Shown here piece by piece: positions 45,998 through 56,682 of a stretch of DNA of 64,000 bases (the first letter of the stretch is position 1; every line of letters starts with the position of its first letter). Both the position numbers and the translations under genes were made by a program. The stretch lies in the NCBI GenBank assembly GCA_945928645.1, contig CAMENR010000001.1, forward strand, positions 33,439-97,438. The letters run 5' to 3'. This DNA is from an uncultured Clostridia bacterium. GTDB lineage: Bacteria; Bacillota; Clostridia; Christensenellales; UBA1242. The notes under the pieces were generated by a model that ran no database searches, was not told the DNA's origin, and was given only the letters and a program-made list of their open reading frames with translations.

Positions 45998-47644
45998 TCA
46001 AAACAGCCCGGAAATTGTGCCATTATCAATTCTCATCTTTATTCCCGCTGGTTCTTTTGGTAAACCCGGCATCAACAAAGTAGTCCCTGATATAGCAACA
46101 ACAAAGCCTGCCCCTGCCCTTATTTGCACCTCGTTGATATTTATATAAAAATTAGTTGGAGCCCCCAGCAAATTTTTATTATCACTCAGCGAATATTGTG
46201 TTTTTGCTATAACCACAGGGAGATTGCTATAACCTAGTCTTTCTATTTCTGCCAATTCTTTTTTTGCTTTTTCAGAATAAACAACCCCCTTTGCTCCATA
46301 TATTTTTGTTGCAATTTTTTCTATTTTATCTTCAATTGAATCAGTCAATTTATATGCAAAGTCAAAATTTGAATTGCCCACAGCAAACAATTTCTCCACT
46401 TCTTTTGCCAAGCCTTTTGCTCCCTCTCCACCTTTTGCCCACACATCACATAATGTTGCACTAACACCAATTTTTGCCATTTCTTCCTCTATAAAAGAGA
46501 GTTCTTCTTTTGTATCAGTTGTAAATTTGTTTATTGCGACAACTACTGGCAGATGATATACTTCAATCATATTTTTTACATGTTTAACAAGGTTAGGTAT
46601 GCCTTTTTTTAAGTAAGTTAAGTTAGGTATGCCCAATTCTTCTTTTTTTGCTCCACCATGCATTTTAAGGGCTCTTATAGTTGCGACAATAACCACTACA
46701 TCAGGTTTTATTCCCGCTATCCTACACTTTGTATCCAAAAATTTTTCAGCCCCAAGGTCAGCCCCAAAGCCTGCTTCTGTAACTACAATATCTGCATATG
46801 TCATGGCAAGTTTGGTTGCAATTATAGAGTTGCACCCATGTGCGATATTTGCAAAAGGTCCACCATGGACCAATGCAGGAGAGCCAGCCAAAGTCTGCAC
46901 TAAGTTTGGTTTTATAGCTTCTTTTAGTAGGATGGTCATACTTTCTTCTGCCTTTAAGTCTTTGGCATATACAGGTTCTCCCTTTTTGTTGTATGCCACA
47001 AGTATATTCCCTATCCTTTTTTTCAAATCATTGATATCACTTGCAAGGCACAATATAGCCATCAGTTCACTAGATGCTGTTATGTTAAATCTTTCTTTCC
47101 TTTCCACACCATTCTTTCCACCACCCACAACGATATCTCTCAATGCTCTGTCATTAAGGTCAAGACAGCGATTAAATACAATCCTGTTTTCGTCAATATT
47201 TAACTTGTTACCTTGATAGATATGATTGTCAATGTATGCACATAACAAATTATTTGCACTAGTTATGGCATGAAAGTCCCCAGTAAAATGCAAGTTTATA
47301 TCTTCCATTGGAGCGATTTGACTGTATCCACCTCCAGTTGCGCCTCCTTTTAATCCAAAAACAGGGCCTAAAGATGGCTCTCTTAGTGCTAAACAAACTT
47401 TTCTATCAAGAAGAGAAAAGGCATCTCCCAACCCAATAGAAACAGTCGTCTTTCCTTCTCCAGCAGATGTTGGATTTATTGCAGTTACTAGCACTAATTT
47501 TGCCTTTGGGTTGAAATTAAAATCATTGACTTTTGCTTTATACTTGCCAAAAAACTCCAATTTATCTTCGTCAATATTCAATTTTTTTGCAATTTCAATT
47601 ATATTTTTAAGTTTTGCGTTGTGTGCGATTTCAATATCAGTCAT
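45998..47644 (-). CDS. fhs: formate--tetrahydrofolate ligase
   Basis: P-loop PTSAGEGKTT, then GPVFGLKGGATGGGYSQ and EAGFGADLGAEKF. Confidence 0.95.
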   Translation of the reverse strand: MTDIEIAHNAKLKNIIEIAKKLNIDEDKLEFFGKYKAKVNDFNFNPKAKLVLVTAINPTSAGEGKTTVSIGLGDAFSLLDRKVCLALREPSLGPVFGLKGGATGGGYSQIAPMEDINLHFTGDFHAITSANNLLCAYIDNHIYQGNKLNIDENRIVFNRCLDLNDRALRDIVVGGGKNGVERKERFNITASSELMAILCLASDINDLKKRIGNILVAYNKKGEPVYAKDLKAEESMTILLKEAIKPNLVQTLAGSPALVHGGPFANIAHGCNSIIATKLAMTYADIVVTEAGFGADLGAEKFLDTKCRIAGIKPDVVVIVATIRALKMHGGAKKEELGIPNLTYLKKGIPNLVKHVKNMIEVYHLPVVVAINKFTTDTKEELSFIEEEMAKIGVSATLCDVWAKGGEGAKGLAKEVEKLFAVGNSNFDFAYKLTDSIEDKIEKIATKIYGAKGVVYSEKAKKELAEIERLGYSNLPVVIAKTQYSLSDNKNLLGAPTNFYININEVQIRAGAGFVVAISGTTLLMPGLPKEPAGIKMRIDNGTISGLF

Positions 47645-47933
47645 AATTCCTCCACCACCTATAGTCTATCATAAATAAATTTATTTGGAAACAACATTTT
47701 GACCTTTCTTTACAAAAACATTAGTGCTACATACATCCTTTTAATGTGCAAATTTAAGACTTTTTTTTGCTAAAAAAATTATAAAAATGAGTCTAAATAT
47801 TTGTAAAACTATAATTGTTAAAAAATTATGTTAAAAAGTATTTGCTGAAATCGTTCAAATATTTACTATAAATAGTTATTTTTTTCAGCAAGCAATATTT
47901 TTGCAAACTGCAAGACATATTTCCTTCACCCAT

Positions 47934-47958
47934 AAAAAAACTCCCTCATTCGAGAGAG
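47934..47958 (-). terminator. terminator of the 48007-48567 gene
   Basis: CTCCCTC (47941-47947) / GAGAGAG (47952-47958) with one mismatch. On the minus strand T7 follows. Confidence 0.5.
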
Positions 47959-48006
47959 ATTTTTAATAAAAAACGCTAAAATCCTTATTTTGATGCTTGT
48001 TATCCA

Positions 48007-48567
48007 TTACATACTTGGGTTTTCGCTATCATCATTGTTTTCTTCTATCTCCTTGTAATAGTTCATAAGTTGCATATAAACTTCTTCGCTAAAAGGTTGG
48101 TCAAAAATTTCTTTATTTTGATTTTTATAAACGTCCATAGAAAGCATCATAAGGTCTTCTTTTGCCCTAGAATATGATTCACAATTTACTGCGGATGTCT
48201 GGGCTTTGGCTTCCATATCCATAAAGAATCCAAAATATTTTGCATTAGCAAACCAATTTTCGCTATATACATTAAAATACTTGCCAGCTTTTCTTCTCCA
48301 AAAAAATTCATTTTTTTCAACAATGTCAAGCGCGCTATAAACTATCTCGCAAAGGTCAAAAAATTCTTTTGGCAAGCACTTAAATTTCTTTTCAAACTCA
48401 TATCTTACTAAATACAATTCATCTGCAGTGCCCTTACTGTAGTTTAGGGCTATATCCCTTTCATTTTGAAATATGTAGTCTGCCAATTTCTTTGCATTTC
48501 CTTTATCGTCATTTCCTACAAAATCTATCCCATCAATGGTTATGACCAAATTTTTGTTTTTTTCCAT
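48007..48567 (-). CDS. hypothetical protein
   Basis: 186-aa ORF with an acidic C-terminus. No motif recognised. Confidence 0.55.
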   Translation of the reverse strand: MEKNKNLVITIDGIDFVGNDDKGNAKKLADYIFQNERDIALNYSKGTADELYLVRYEFEKKFKCLPKEFFDLCEIVYSALDIVEKNEFFWRRKAGKYFNVYSENWFANAKYFGFFMDMEAKAQTSAVNCESYSRAKEDLMMLSMDVYKNQNKEIFDQPFSEEVYMQLMNYYKEIEENNDDSENPSM

Positions 48568-48704
48568 ATTTTTATTCCCTTCCTTAGTGTTATTTACCTA
48601 TATTTTATATTTTTTTGGCTAAATGTCAATACCCAATTATTCAGCAAATTTGTATGTATAAAAAATACACTTAGAAGCAAACTATGGTTAAAGGGGGGAA
48701 AAAT

Positions 48705-48923
48705 ATGAGAATAGCAAACCTTATTGCATGGATAATTCTTCTTATTGGTGGATTGAATTGGCTATTGATTGGTGCATTTTCGTGGAACTTGGTCGAAGCA
48801 ATCACAAGCAACATCACTTGGCTTGCAAGAACAATCTATTGTCTGGTTGGCGCAAGTGCTATTTGGCTCTTTATTACACCAATTCTCAATGGTGGCAAAA
48901 TTTCGATGTGGAATGTCGGTTAA
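48705..48923 (+). CDS. DUF378-family small membrane protein
   Basis: IAWIILLIGGLNWLLIGAFSWNLV and YCLVGASAIW form the 2-TM DUF378 pattern. ATG 48705 lies behind AAAGGGGGG. Confidence 0.8.
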   Translation: MRIANLIAWIILLIGGLNWLLIGAFSWNLVEAITSNITWLARTIYCLVGASAIWLFITPILNGGKISMWNVG

Positions 48924-49114
48924 GAAAAACTATTTTATCCAAAAAAAATCTTCCTCCCTACAGAGAAAGATTTTTTTATTTTGAAGAAATAATTTTTTAG
49001 TAATTTTTATTTGAATATTTCAACTATTCTAGTTCTATCAAATCTAAATACTTAAACAAATCAAACTTCTTTTGCAATCTAAAATATCAATGCAATGGTT
49101 ATAAAATTGATACT

Positions 49115-50593
49115 TCATAGCAATATGCAGATTATTCCACCCTTGCCTTCATTTACAATCCTTGTCAGTGTTTTTCGCATTTTCTTTTGGGCCTCAACAG
49201 GCATTGCAACAATTTTTTTGTTCAACCCCTCATTGACTAAACTATGCAAACTGCGACCAAACATATTAGTTTCCCAAAGCCCTTTTGGATTGCTTTCAAA
49301 TTCACTTAACAACGATTTAACAAGGTCTTCACTTTGTTGTTCTGAACCTACTATAGGGCTAATCTCCGTTTGAACATCAACTTTCATTATGTGCAAACTT
49401 GGAGCGCTGGCCTTAAGTTTAACTCCATATCTTGTGCCTTGTTTAACTATTTCTGGCTCTTCCAACGTCATTTCTTCCATTTTTGGACTTACTACCCCAT
49501 AGCCCGTTTCCTCCACTTGATGCAAAGCCTCTTTCATCTTGTCGTATTCCTGCTTGGCATAAGCGAGTTCTCTGATAAATGAAACCAACTCAAAATCACT
49601 CTTAATTTCGTGCCCACATTCTCTGGACAGAACTTTGTAGAACAGATCTTCCCTTGGCTTTACATCCAGATATGCAACACCATTGCCTAGGTCTATAGTT
49701 GAAAGAGATATTGGTTCAAAGTTTTCGCTTGATTCAAAAACATTTTTAGCATTGTCAACTTCACCAATTTTGTTAGCATTGTCTATCAACAACTTGCTTT
49801 GAGTGATTATTTCTTGAATCAATTCATCTTCATAAGGTAGCCCTTGTATCCATTTTGGCATATTAACTCGCAAAGAGTATAGTGGAAATTCTTGTAAAAT
49901 ATTTACAAAAATATTATCTATGTCGTCTAGTTTTAAGTTTGCACAGTCCACCGGAACAACAGGAACATCATATTTCTTTTCCAAATTCATTGCTAGGGAC
50001 ATAGTTTTTTCTGCACGTGGGTTTTTGGTATTTAGCACCAAAACAAAGGGTTTTCCTGTTCGTTTTAGTTCAGTTATTGTTTTCTCTTCAGCCTCTACAA
50101 AGTTATTTCTCTCTAGTTCTCCAAAAGAGCCATCAGTAGTCATAACAATAGCCACTGTGGAATGGTCTGATATTACTTTTTTTGTCCCGACTTCTGCTGC
50201 CTCCTCAAAAGGAATTGGTTCTGTGTTCCATGGAGTTTTTACAAGTCTTGGTTTGCCATCCTCTATCAGCCCTTCAGCCCCAGTTACCGAGTATCCAACA
50301 CAATCTACAAGGCGGATTTTCATTTGAAGCTTGTCATTGACCACAATTTTGACTGCCTCTTTTGGCACAAATCTAGGTTGAGTGGTCATTATTGTTTTGC
50401 CATCTGCACTTTGTGGTAATTCGTCAATAGTTCTCGTTTTGTCAAAACTATCCTTTATGTTTGGCAAAACCATTTTTTGCACAAAATTAGTTATGAATGT
50501 AGACTTGCCACACCTCACAGGTCCCACAACACCAAGATATATGTCACCGTTTGTTCGTGTAGCAATATCCTCATAAATTTGATACGAATTCAT
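49115..50593 (-). CDS. spoIVA: stage IV sporulation protein A (spore-coat basement ATPase)
   Basis: IYEDIATRTNGDIYLGVVGPVRCGKSTFI (Walker A) and conserved C-terminus KMRKTLTRIVNEGKGGIICIL. ATG 50593 lies behind GGAGGAAAG. Confidence 0.95.
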   Translation of the reverse strand: MNSYQIYEDIATRTNGDIYLGVVGPVRCGKSTFITNFVQKMVLPNIKDSFDKTRTIDELPQSADGKTIMTTQPRFVPKEAVKIVVNDKLQMKIRLVDCVGYSVTGAEGLIEDGKPRLVKTPWNTEPIPFEEAAEVGTKKVISDHSTVAIVMTTDGSFGELERNNFVEAEEKTITELKRTGKPFVLVLNTKNPRAEKTMSLAMNLEKKYDVPVVPVDCANLKLDDIDNIFVNILQEFPLYSLRVNMPKWIQGLPYEDELIQEIITQSKLLIDNANKIGEVDNAKNVFESSENFEPISLSTIDLGNGVAYLDVKPREDLFYKVLSRECGHEIKSDFELVSFIRELAYAKQEYDKMKEALHQVEETGYGVVSPKMEEMTLEEPEIVKQGTRYGVKLKASAPSLHIMKVDVQTEISPIVGSEQQSEDLVKSLLSEFESNPKGLWETNMFGRSLHSLVNEGLNKKIVAMPVEAQKKMRKTLTRIVNEGKGGIICILL

Positions 50594-50647
50594 ACTTTCC
50601 TCCGAAAATTCGATATACCAAAATATATGAAACAAAATATTCCCTTA

Positions 50648-50676
50648 TGCAACGATAACAAAAAAACTGCCACAAA
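50648..50676 (-). terminator. plsY terminator
   Basis: Minus strand AAACTG-N11-CAGTTT followed by T7. Confidence 0.5.
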
Positions 50677-50717
50677 ATGACAGTTTTACTATAATATTTA
50701 TATAGAGCAAGGAAATA

Positions 50718-51410
50718 TTATACTTTCTTTTTTAACTTTTTGCCAAAACTTTTCTTAAAATTAAGCCTGTTTTCCTTGCCGGTAAGGAGTCTAAAAATGT
50801 TTTGTCGATGAGCAAACCATACAAGGCAAAACATTGCAAACAGCAAACAACTTAAGACAATGTTACCATCTTCACTCATAATACCTAACAAATATGCTTC
50901 CACTATGGTTGCAATGGTTACAAATGAAAAGGACACCAATGAACCATAGTCAAAAAGCAATAAGAACAAAAATCCTCCAATAAAGATGATTATGCCCATA
51001 AGAGGGTTGGCTGCACAAAAGATGCCAAACATAACTGCAGCCCCCTTGCCACCCTTAAAGTAGTAAAAGACTGGAAAAATATTGCCAACCAATGCAGATA
51101 ACCCACCTGTAAACAATCCTATGCAGGCAATCTGGTTGCTAGCCCCATTGCAAGTTATTAAATCATAAAAATTGCCACCAAACAACAAATAACCACATAT
51201 AGATGGGATAACCCCTTTTAGCATATCCAGCAACAATGTAATCAACCCCATAGAAAATCCTAAGTTTCGCAACATATTCATTGTCCCTGGATTCCCACTG
51301 CCTGCCTTTGAAATGTCATAGTGCTTAATTCTGCTGATTATTTTGGCAAAAAAGATATTTCCAACAAGGTAAGAACCTGCAATTAAAACCAAAAACTTCC
51401 ACCATTCCAT
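50718..51410 (-). CDS. plsY: glycerol-3-phosphate acyltransferase PlsY
   Basis: GSGNPGTMNMLRNLG and FKGGKGAA, on a multi-TM protein. Confidence 0.9.
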   Translation of the reverse strand: MEWWKFLVLIAGSYLVGNIFFAKIISRIKHYDISKAGSGNPGTMNMLRNLGFSMGLITLLLDMLKGVIPSICGYLLFGGNFYDLITCNGASNQIACIGLFTGGLSALVGNIFPVFYYFKGGKGAAVMFGIFCAANPLMGIIIFIGGFLFLLLFDYGSLVSFSFVTIATIVEAYLLGIMSEDGNIVLSCLLFAMFCLVWFAHRQNIFRLLTGKENRLNFKKSFGKKLKKKV

Positions 51411-51412
51411 TT

Positions 51413-52744
51413 TTATTCATCCTTTTCTGACCTATTTTTTACAATCAAATTGATTGGAGTCCCAGAATAATCTACTGCCTTTCTAATTGTGTTTTCGAGA
51501 TATCTTAGGTATGAGAAATGCATTATTTCCTTATTATTTACAAATATAACAAAGTTTGGTGGATTTACCCCCGTTTGAGTTGCATACAAAATCTTCAGTC
51601 TTTGACCATTTTTGCTAGGAGGTTGTTTCATATTTATTGCCCCCTGAATTATGTCATTCAGTTGCCCTGTTGAAATACGCTTGCTTGCATTTTTTAGCAC
51701 CATTTCAACCGATTCCATAATTTTGCCTACACGTTGACCTGTCTTTACCGAAATAAAGACTGGAATATAATAACTCATAAACTTAAGTTCTTCATCAAGT
51801 TTTTTTCTAAATTTATTTATGGTTTTGTCGTCTTTGTTTTCTATCAAATCCCACTTGTTCAAAACAATAACACTAGGCTTGTTTTGCTCATGCACAAAAC
51901 CAGCAACCTTGATGTCTTGTTCAGTTATTCCATCGTTTACATCAATCATAACAACAACTACATCTGCCCTTTTTATTGCTTCTATAGTTCTTAAAACGCT
52001 ATAACGTTCGATTGACGATGGCTCTATTGCATTCTTTTTCCTAAGCCCTGCTGTATCAATAAGAACATAGTCTTTCCCGTTGTATCTAAACGGGCTATCA
52101 ATAGCATCTCTTGTTGTGCCTGCAATACTGCTAACTACCAGCCTTTCTTCTCCCAGCAACTTGTTTGTAAGGCTACTTTTACCAGCATTTGGTTTGCCCA
52201 CTATGGCAATTTTTATTGCTTCTGTTGGGACAATTGTTGTATCAATCTTTTCATTTAGACTTGCAACTATTTGGTCAAGCAGTTCCCCTAATCCCTTACC
52301 TTGTTCTGACGAAATTGGGAAAACGTGTTCAAAGCCAAGTTCATAAAATTCATACATATTATCAAGTTTAAAATTGTCCATTTTGTTAACAACAAGCAAA
52401 ATCTCACTTTTTGCCCTTTTCATAAGATAATCTGCCACTTGTCTATCTGCATTGGTTAACCCTTCCTTGCCATCAACAAAAAACAAAATTACATTGGCTA
52501 AATCTATTGCAATCTGAGCTTGAGCAAGAATATTCTTCTCAATCTCACCGCGTTCTTCAAAATCCAGCCCTCCGGTGTCTACTAGCGTAAAATAGTTACC
52601 ACACCACTCTGCATCGCCATAAATTCTATCTCTGGTTACACCAGCAATATCATCAACTATACTTATTCTTCTACCACAAATCTTATTAAAAAATGTGCTC
52701 TTTCCCACATTTGGTCTTCCAACCACTGCAACTAAAGGTTTCAT
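51413..52744 (-). CDS. der: ribosome-biogenesis GTPase Der (EngA)
   Basis: Two G domains (GRPNVGKST/DTGG and GKPNAGKSS/DTAG) plus a KH-like C-terminus. ATG 52744 lies behind GGAGA. Confidence 0.95.
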   Translation of the reverse strand: MKPLVAVVGRPNVGKSTFFNKICGRRISIVDDIAGVTRDRIYGDAEWCGNYFTLVDTGGLDFEERGEIEKNILAQAQIAIDLANVILFFVDGKEGLTNADRQVADYLMKRAKSEILLVVNKMDNFKLDNMYEFYELGFEHVFPISSEQGKGLGELLDQIVASLNEKIDTTIVPTEAIKIAIVGKPNAGKSSLTNKLLGEERLVVSSIAGTTRDAIDSPFRYNGKDYVLIDTAGLRKKNAIEPSSIERYSVLRTIEAIKRADVVVVMIDVNDGITEQDIKVAGFVHEQNKPSVIVLNKWDLIENKDDKTINKFRKKLDEELKFMSYYIPVFISVKTGQRVGKIMESVEMVLKNASKRISTGQLNDIIQGAINMKQPPSKNGQRLKILYATQTGVNPPNFVIFVNNKEIMHFSYLRYLENTIRKAVDYSGTPINLIVKNRSEKDE

Positions 52745-52826
52745 TGTATTATCTCCAATTCTATTATAGTGTATCATACAAAAAGAATTTAATCAATCAA
52801 AACATTTAGTCTATTTTCTACAAATA

Positions 52827-54992
52827 TCAAATTTTTGTTCCACTTTTAACAAGATGCCTATCACAGTTACTTTGGCAATAAATACAACACCCAGAACACA
52901 TCGTCTTGTCTAGTTTTCTTCTTTTCCATAACCAAGCAAATAGGGATACAACCAAACAAATTACCCCAAAGCCAATGATATATTGTGCCAATAACTTACC
53001 TGAAAACAAGTTGTAAATTACAAAGCAAATACCATATGCAACTGTTAATTGAGTTAGACAAGCAACATAAGTCCACTTTCGTCCAATTTCCTTTTTCATC
53101 ACAGCCATAGTAGAAATACAAGGCATATATAGCAAGCTAAAAATCATCATAATTATTGCAGTAAGTGGGGTAAAGCCAATAGTAAATCCTGAAGTCAAAA
53201 AACTAGACCCAAGTGTCGTGTCAAAGTCTGTGGTAGTGGGAATTTTGTTTATAATAGCCATTGTCCCAACTACCATTTCCTTAGCCATTATACCAACCAG
53301 CAAACTTACAGCTATTCCCCAATTTCCAAGACCGATTGGTCGAAGTATATACGAGAGATAACCTCCAATAATTTCCAGTATACTAGCGCCTGACCGACCA
53401 TTCGGTATGTATTCAAATTTGAAGGTAAAATTTTGCATTATCCATACGATTATGCTAAACGATAGCAATATAGTTGCCACTTTTGTAACAAACATCTTGC
53501 AATTTTGATATATTACACTAACAATTCGCCTAAAATCAGGGAATCTGTATGGTGGAAATTCTAATACAAATGAGTATTCCCCACTCTTTAATATTTTTTT
53601 GTTAAAAAAAGATGCCACTATAAGTCCTACAACTATGCCCAATAGATACAACCCTGCTATTATTACAATATTTCCCTTGCCAAAAAAAGCCCCACCAATA
53701 ACAGCATATATAGGTAGTTTTGCACTGCAACTCATATATGAACTTAACATCGCTGTTTTGATTTTTGCATTTTTATCTTCCAAATTTCGTGATGTTAAAA
53801 CCGCTGTAGTTGTGCAACCAAAACTCATTAAGACAGTAAAGATGCTTTTGCCACTTAATCCAAATTTATGAAAAATTTCTTCAAAAGAAAAAGCAAGACG
53901 GGACATATACCCACTATCTTCCAAAAGTGATAGGAAAAAGAATAACAAAACAATTTGTGGAATAAAACTTAAAAGTCCTCCCACCCCACCTATTATTCCC
54001 TGCGAAAATAACCCTACAACCCAATTAGGAGTATTGATCTTTATTAAAAAATTGGAAATAGGCAGTCCAATAAATGTATCTATAAAATTTTTTAACAAGT
54101 CAGATAGCCACACCCCAACCGAAGAAAATGTTAAATTGAAAATTAAAAACATAATCCCCAAAAATATTGGCAAGCATAGATATTTATTAAGAATGATCTT
54201 GTCAATAGCAAATTTGCCATATGTAGTTTCTTTTTCTACTTTTCTGCACCTATCTAAGATATGTTTAATATATTCAAATCTCAACCTTGCAATAAGTGTG
54301 GGATAATCAGCCTTACTTGTAATCTTTGTTAGAAGGCCTTGTTGTTTTTGACTTAATTGTAAACTATTCTCTACAAACTCATCTTGCTCAAGAAGTTTGG
54401 TTGCGATAAAAATTTTTCTGTTATTCAAAATAGTTAACTGAGATGGTGTTAGTATCGATAGAACATCACTAATGGGCAACTTTTTTAGATAGGGCAATGG
54501 CACTTCTTTTGAATTATTTTGAATAAATTCAGAAATAAGTCCCTGCTTAGAAACACCTTCACATACAGTAACCTTGCAACCAAGCATTTGCGACAAAATG
54601 CTATAATTATAGTTAATTTTTCGCTTTTTTACTTCATTCGAAAAATTTATGGCTAAGATAGGTTTGGCACCAAATTCAAGCAGTTCTAGGGTTAAAAGTA
54701 AATTTCTTTCTAGGACATTGGCATCACAAACATTAACAATAATACCTTTTGTAGAAATTAAATAATCAATAGAAACCTGCTCTTCAAAGGAATAACTTGT
54801 GGTGGAATACAACCCCGGCAAATCTATAAAATTGTATTGTTGACCGTCATATTCTAACATTTTATTTTTCTTTTCTACAGTAACACCATGCCAATTGCCA
54901 ACATGCTCAAAACTATTTGTTATTTTGTTAAATAAGGTAGTTTTACCCACATTTGGATTTCCAACGAAAACAATATCAGTTGAATTATTCAT
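52827..54992 (-). CDS. feoB: ferrous iron transporter FeoB (with Cys-rich C-terminal tail)
   Basis: G domain GNPNVGKTT/DLPG, then a polytopic Gate-domain membrane region. The tail is MCSGCCIYCQSNCD. Confidence 0.9.
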   Translation of the reverse strand: MNNSTDIVFVGNPNVGKTTLFNKITNSFEHVGNWHGVTVEKKNKMLEYDGQQYNFIDLPGLYSTTSYSFEEQVSIDYLISTKGIIVNVCDANVLERNLLLTLELLEFGAKPILAINFSNEVKKRKINYNYSILSQMLGCKVTVCEGVSKQGLISEFIQNNSKEVPLPYLKKLPISDVLSILTPSQLTILNNRKIFIATKLLEQDEFVENSLQLSQKQQGLLTKITSKADYPTLIARLRFEYIKHILDRCRKVEKETTYGKFAIDKIILNKYLCLPIFLGIMFLIFNLTFSSVGVWLSDLLKNFIDTFIGLPISNFLIKINTPNWVVGLFSQGIIGGVGGLLSFIPQIVLLFFFLSLLEDSGYMSRLAFSFEEIFHKFGLSGKSIFTVLMSFGCTTTAVLTSRNLEDKNAKIKTAMLSSYMSCSAKLPIYAVIGGAFFGKGNIVIIAGLYLLGIVVGLIVASFFNKKILKSGEYSFVLEFPPYRFPDFRRIVSVIYQNCKMFVTKVATILLSFSIIVWIMQNFTFKFEYIPNGRSGASILEIIGGYLSYILRPIGLGNWGIAVSLLVGIMAKEMVVGTMAIINKIPTTTDFDTTLGSSFLTSGFTIGFTPLTAIIMMIFSLLYMPCISTMAVMKKEIGRKWTYVACLTQLTVAYGICFVIYNLFSGKLLAQYIIGFGVICLVVSLFAWLWKRRKLDKTMCSGCCIYCQSNCDRHLVKSGTKI

Positions 54993-55248
54993 TAGCTTGT
55001 CCTCTCCTTTGAACAAAAATACAAGCAACTTCTTTTTTCTTTAATGCCAAAACATAGTTCCTAATTTCAAGCAAAAAAACACCATTTTTAACACTTTTCT
55101 TAAGAATTTTTACATTACAATCAACAAAGCCCAACTCTAGAAGCCTTCTTTTGATCTTTATTGGAGCTGATATGCTGTTTATTTTATACTCTCTGCCCTC
55201 TTCTCCACTATCTAGTGGGAAGGTTGCATCTTTGTTTGCAATTTCCAT
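54985..55248 (-). CDS. feoA: FeoA-domain protein
   Basis: SH3-like FeoA pattern (IKRRLLELGFVDCNVKILKK...LALKKKEVACIFV). Overlaps the feoB start by 8 nt. Confidence 0.75.
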   Translation of the reverse strand: MEIANKDATFPLDSGEEGREYKINSISAPIKIKRRLLELGFVDCNVKILKKSVKNGVFLLEIRNYVLALKKKEVACIFVQRRGQANE

Positions 55249-55433
55249 ATATTTATATATGATTTTACTACATAATTTATAGCATTTACATAATATTTTT
55301 TAATAAAAAGTTATCAAATTCTAATAAAAAAGGATTACTTATTAAACATATAATTGCTAAACATAGCACGATTATTTTGAATATTAAATTACTACAAAAA
55401 CCTTCAAAATCTTCAATCTTTACAATAAATTAC

Positions 55434-55461
55434 AATAAAAAAACTTGCTACAAAGGCAAGT
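55434..55461 (-). terminator. nrdR terminator
   Basis: Minus strand AACTTGC-CTTTGTA-GCAAGTT followed by a T-run. Confidence 0.65.
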
Positions 55462-55517
55462 TAATTTGTTAGTTTACACAACATTTTATAGAATTTTTCT
55501 CACTATAAGGGTTATCT

Positions 55518-55964
55518 TCAATTCATATTATTAAGAAAGGAGATAAAAGTTGTTATATCCTTAAATTTTCTATAAACAGCGGCAAAACGGACATAAGAAA
55601 TTTCGTCAATAGCTTTTAGTTTGTTCATAACCATTTCTCCAATTTCAGCGCTCTTTACTTCCTGTGCCAAAGAATTATTAATCTGCCTTTCTATATCAAG
55701 AACAATATCGTCAATTTGATTCATCGATACCGGTCTTTTTTCGCAAGCCTTAATTATTCCACTTTTAATTTTTTGTGGGTCAAAAGTCTGTCTTGAACCA
55801 TCATTTTTTACAACTAGAATTGGTGTGCTTTCTACCATTTCATAGGTCGTAAACCTTTTTCCACACTTAAGACATTCTCTTCTTCTGCGAATAGAATTTT
55901 GTTCGTCAGAATTTCTAGAATCAATAACCTTGCTATCTTTATAGCCACAAAAAACACACTTCAT
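55518..55964 (-). CDS. nrdR: transcriptional repressor NrdR
   Basis: MKCVFCGYKDSKVIDSR...RRRECLKCGKRFTTYE forms the zinc ribbon, followed by an ATP-cone. Confidence 0.95.
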   Translation of the reverse strand: MKCVFCGYKDSKVIDSRNSDEQNSIRRRRECLKCGKRFTTYEMVESTPILVVKNDGSRQTFDPQKIKSGIIKACEKRPVSMNQIDDIVLDIERQINNSLAQEVKSAEIGEMVMNKLKAIDEISYVRFAAVYRKFKDITTFISFLNNMN

Positions 55965-56037
55965 TTGTTCCCTCGTTAAATAAATTTGATAGGTTATTTT
56001 AGCATAGAAATATAAAATTTCAAACTAATTTTTTGAT

Positions 56038-56682
56038 TTAGTTGATAGGATAAATATCCTCTTGATCATAGTTTTCAAAATAATTTTCTTTTCCTATGTT
56101 ATAACTAGATATTTTATCTTTTCCATAACCATTTCTATTAGATTTATTTGCATAAATATTATTATCACTTTTTTGCAAAAAATCGTTTGATGACAAATTA
56201 TACCCTTCATTGTCATGTTGTAAATTTGCCCAGTTTTGATTTCTGAAGTTGTTTAATTTAACAGTTTTTTCACGCTGTGTTTTATCTTGCATATGTTGTG
56301 AAGTATGCTGATTTGCATTGTTCCCCTCCATACTATCGCCCACATCATTTCTATCATAAATTGCTCCATCTCCATCTTTGCCATCTTGTTGATTTTGGGC
56401 TTCAAAAATGCGAACTGGTTTGTTCCTTTGTTTTTTTGAAGGAGGTTCTGCAACCTCCACAAGAATGATATCCTCTCCAATTCTACAAACATGCGAAAAA
56501 GGAATAAAAATCTCTTGCGAAGATTTGAAAAAATTAAAAAAATTTTTACATCCAGGGACAATAAATCCCAATATCCTATTACATCTAAGGTCCAAAACAA
56601 TATCGCATATATTCCCCAACATTTTACCTGTAAGGGCATTTATTACCTCTTTGCTTCGAAGTTCTGTAAATGTAGTTTCCAT
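56038..56682 (-). CDS. YlmC/YmxH-like PRC-barrel sporulation protein with about 140-aa N/Q/D-rich C-terminal extension
   Basis: ELRSKEVINALTGKMLGNICDIVLDL...ILGFIVPG...IPFSHVCRIGEDIILVE is the YlmC/YmxH PRC barrel. The start (ATG 56682 versus TTG 56721) is uncertain; neither has a strong SD. Confidence 0.7.
   Translation of the reverse strand: METTFTELRSKEVINALTGKMLGNICDIVLDLRCNRILGFIVPGCKNFFNFFKSSQEIFIPFSHVCRIGEDIILVEVAEPPSKKQRNKPVRIFEAQNQQDGKDGDGAIYDRNDVGDSMEGNNANQHTSQHMQDKTQREKTVKLNNFRNQNWANLQHDNEGYNLSSNDFLQKSDNNIYANKSNRNGYGKDKISSYNIGKENYFENYDQEDIYPIN

Noticed and set aside
55249-55330. Fur box upstream of feoA
   Set aside because: The best candidate (TTGATAACTTTTTATTA on the minus strand) matches only one half of the 7-1-7 TGATAAT-n-ATTATCA consensus. 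That is not distinguishable from AT-rich background.
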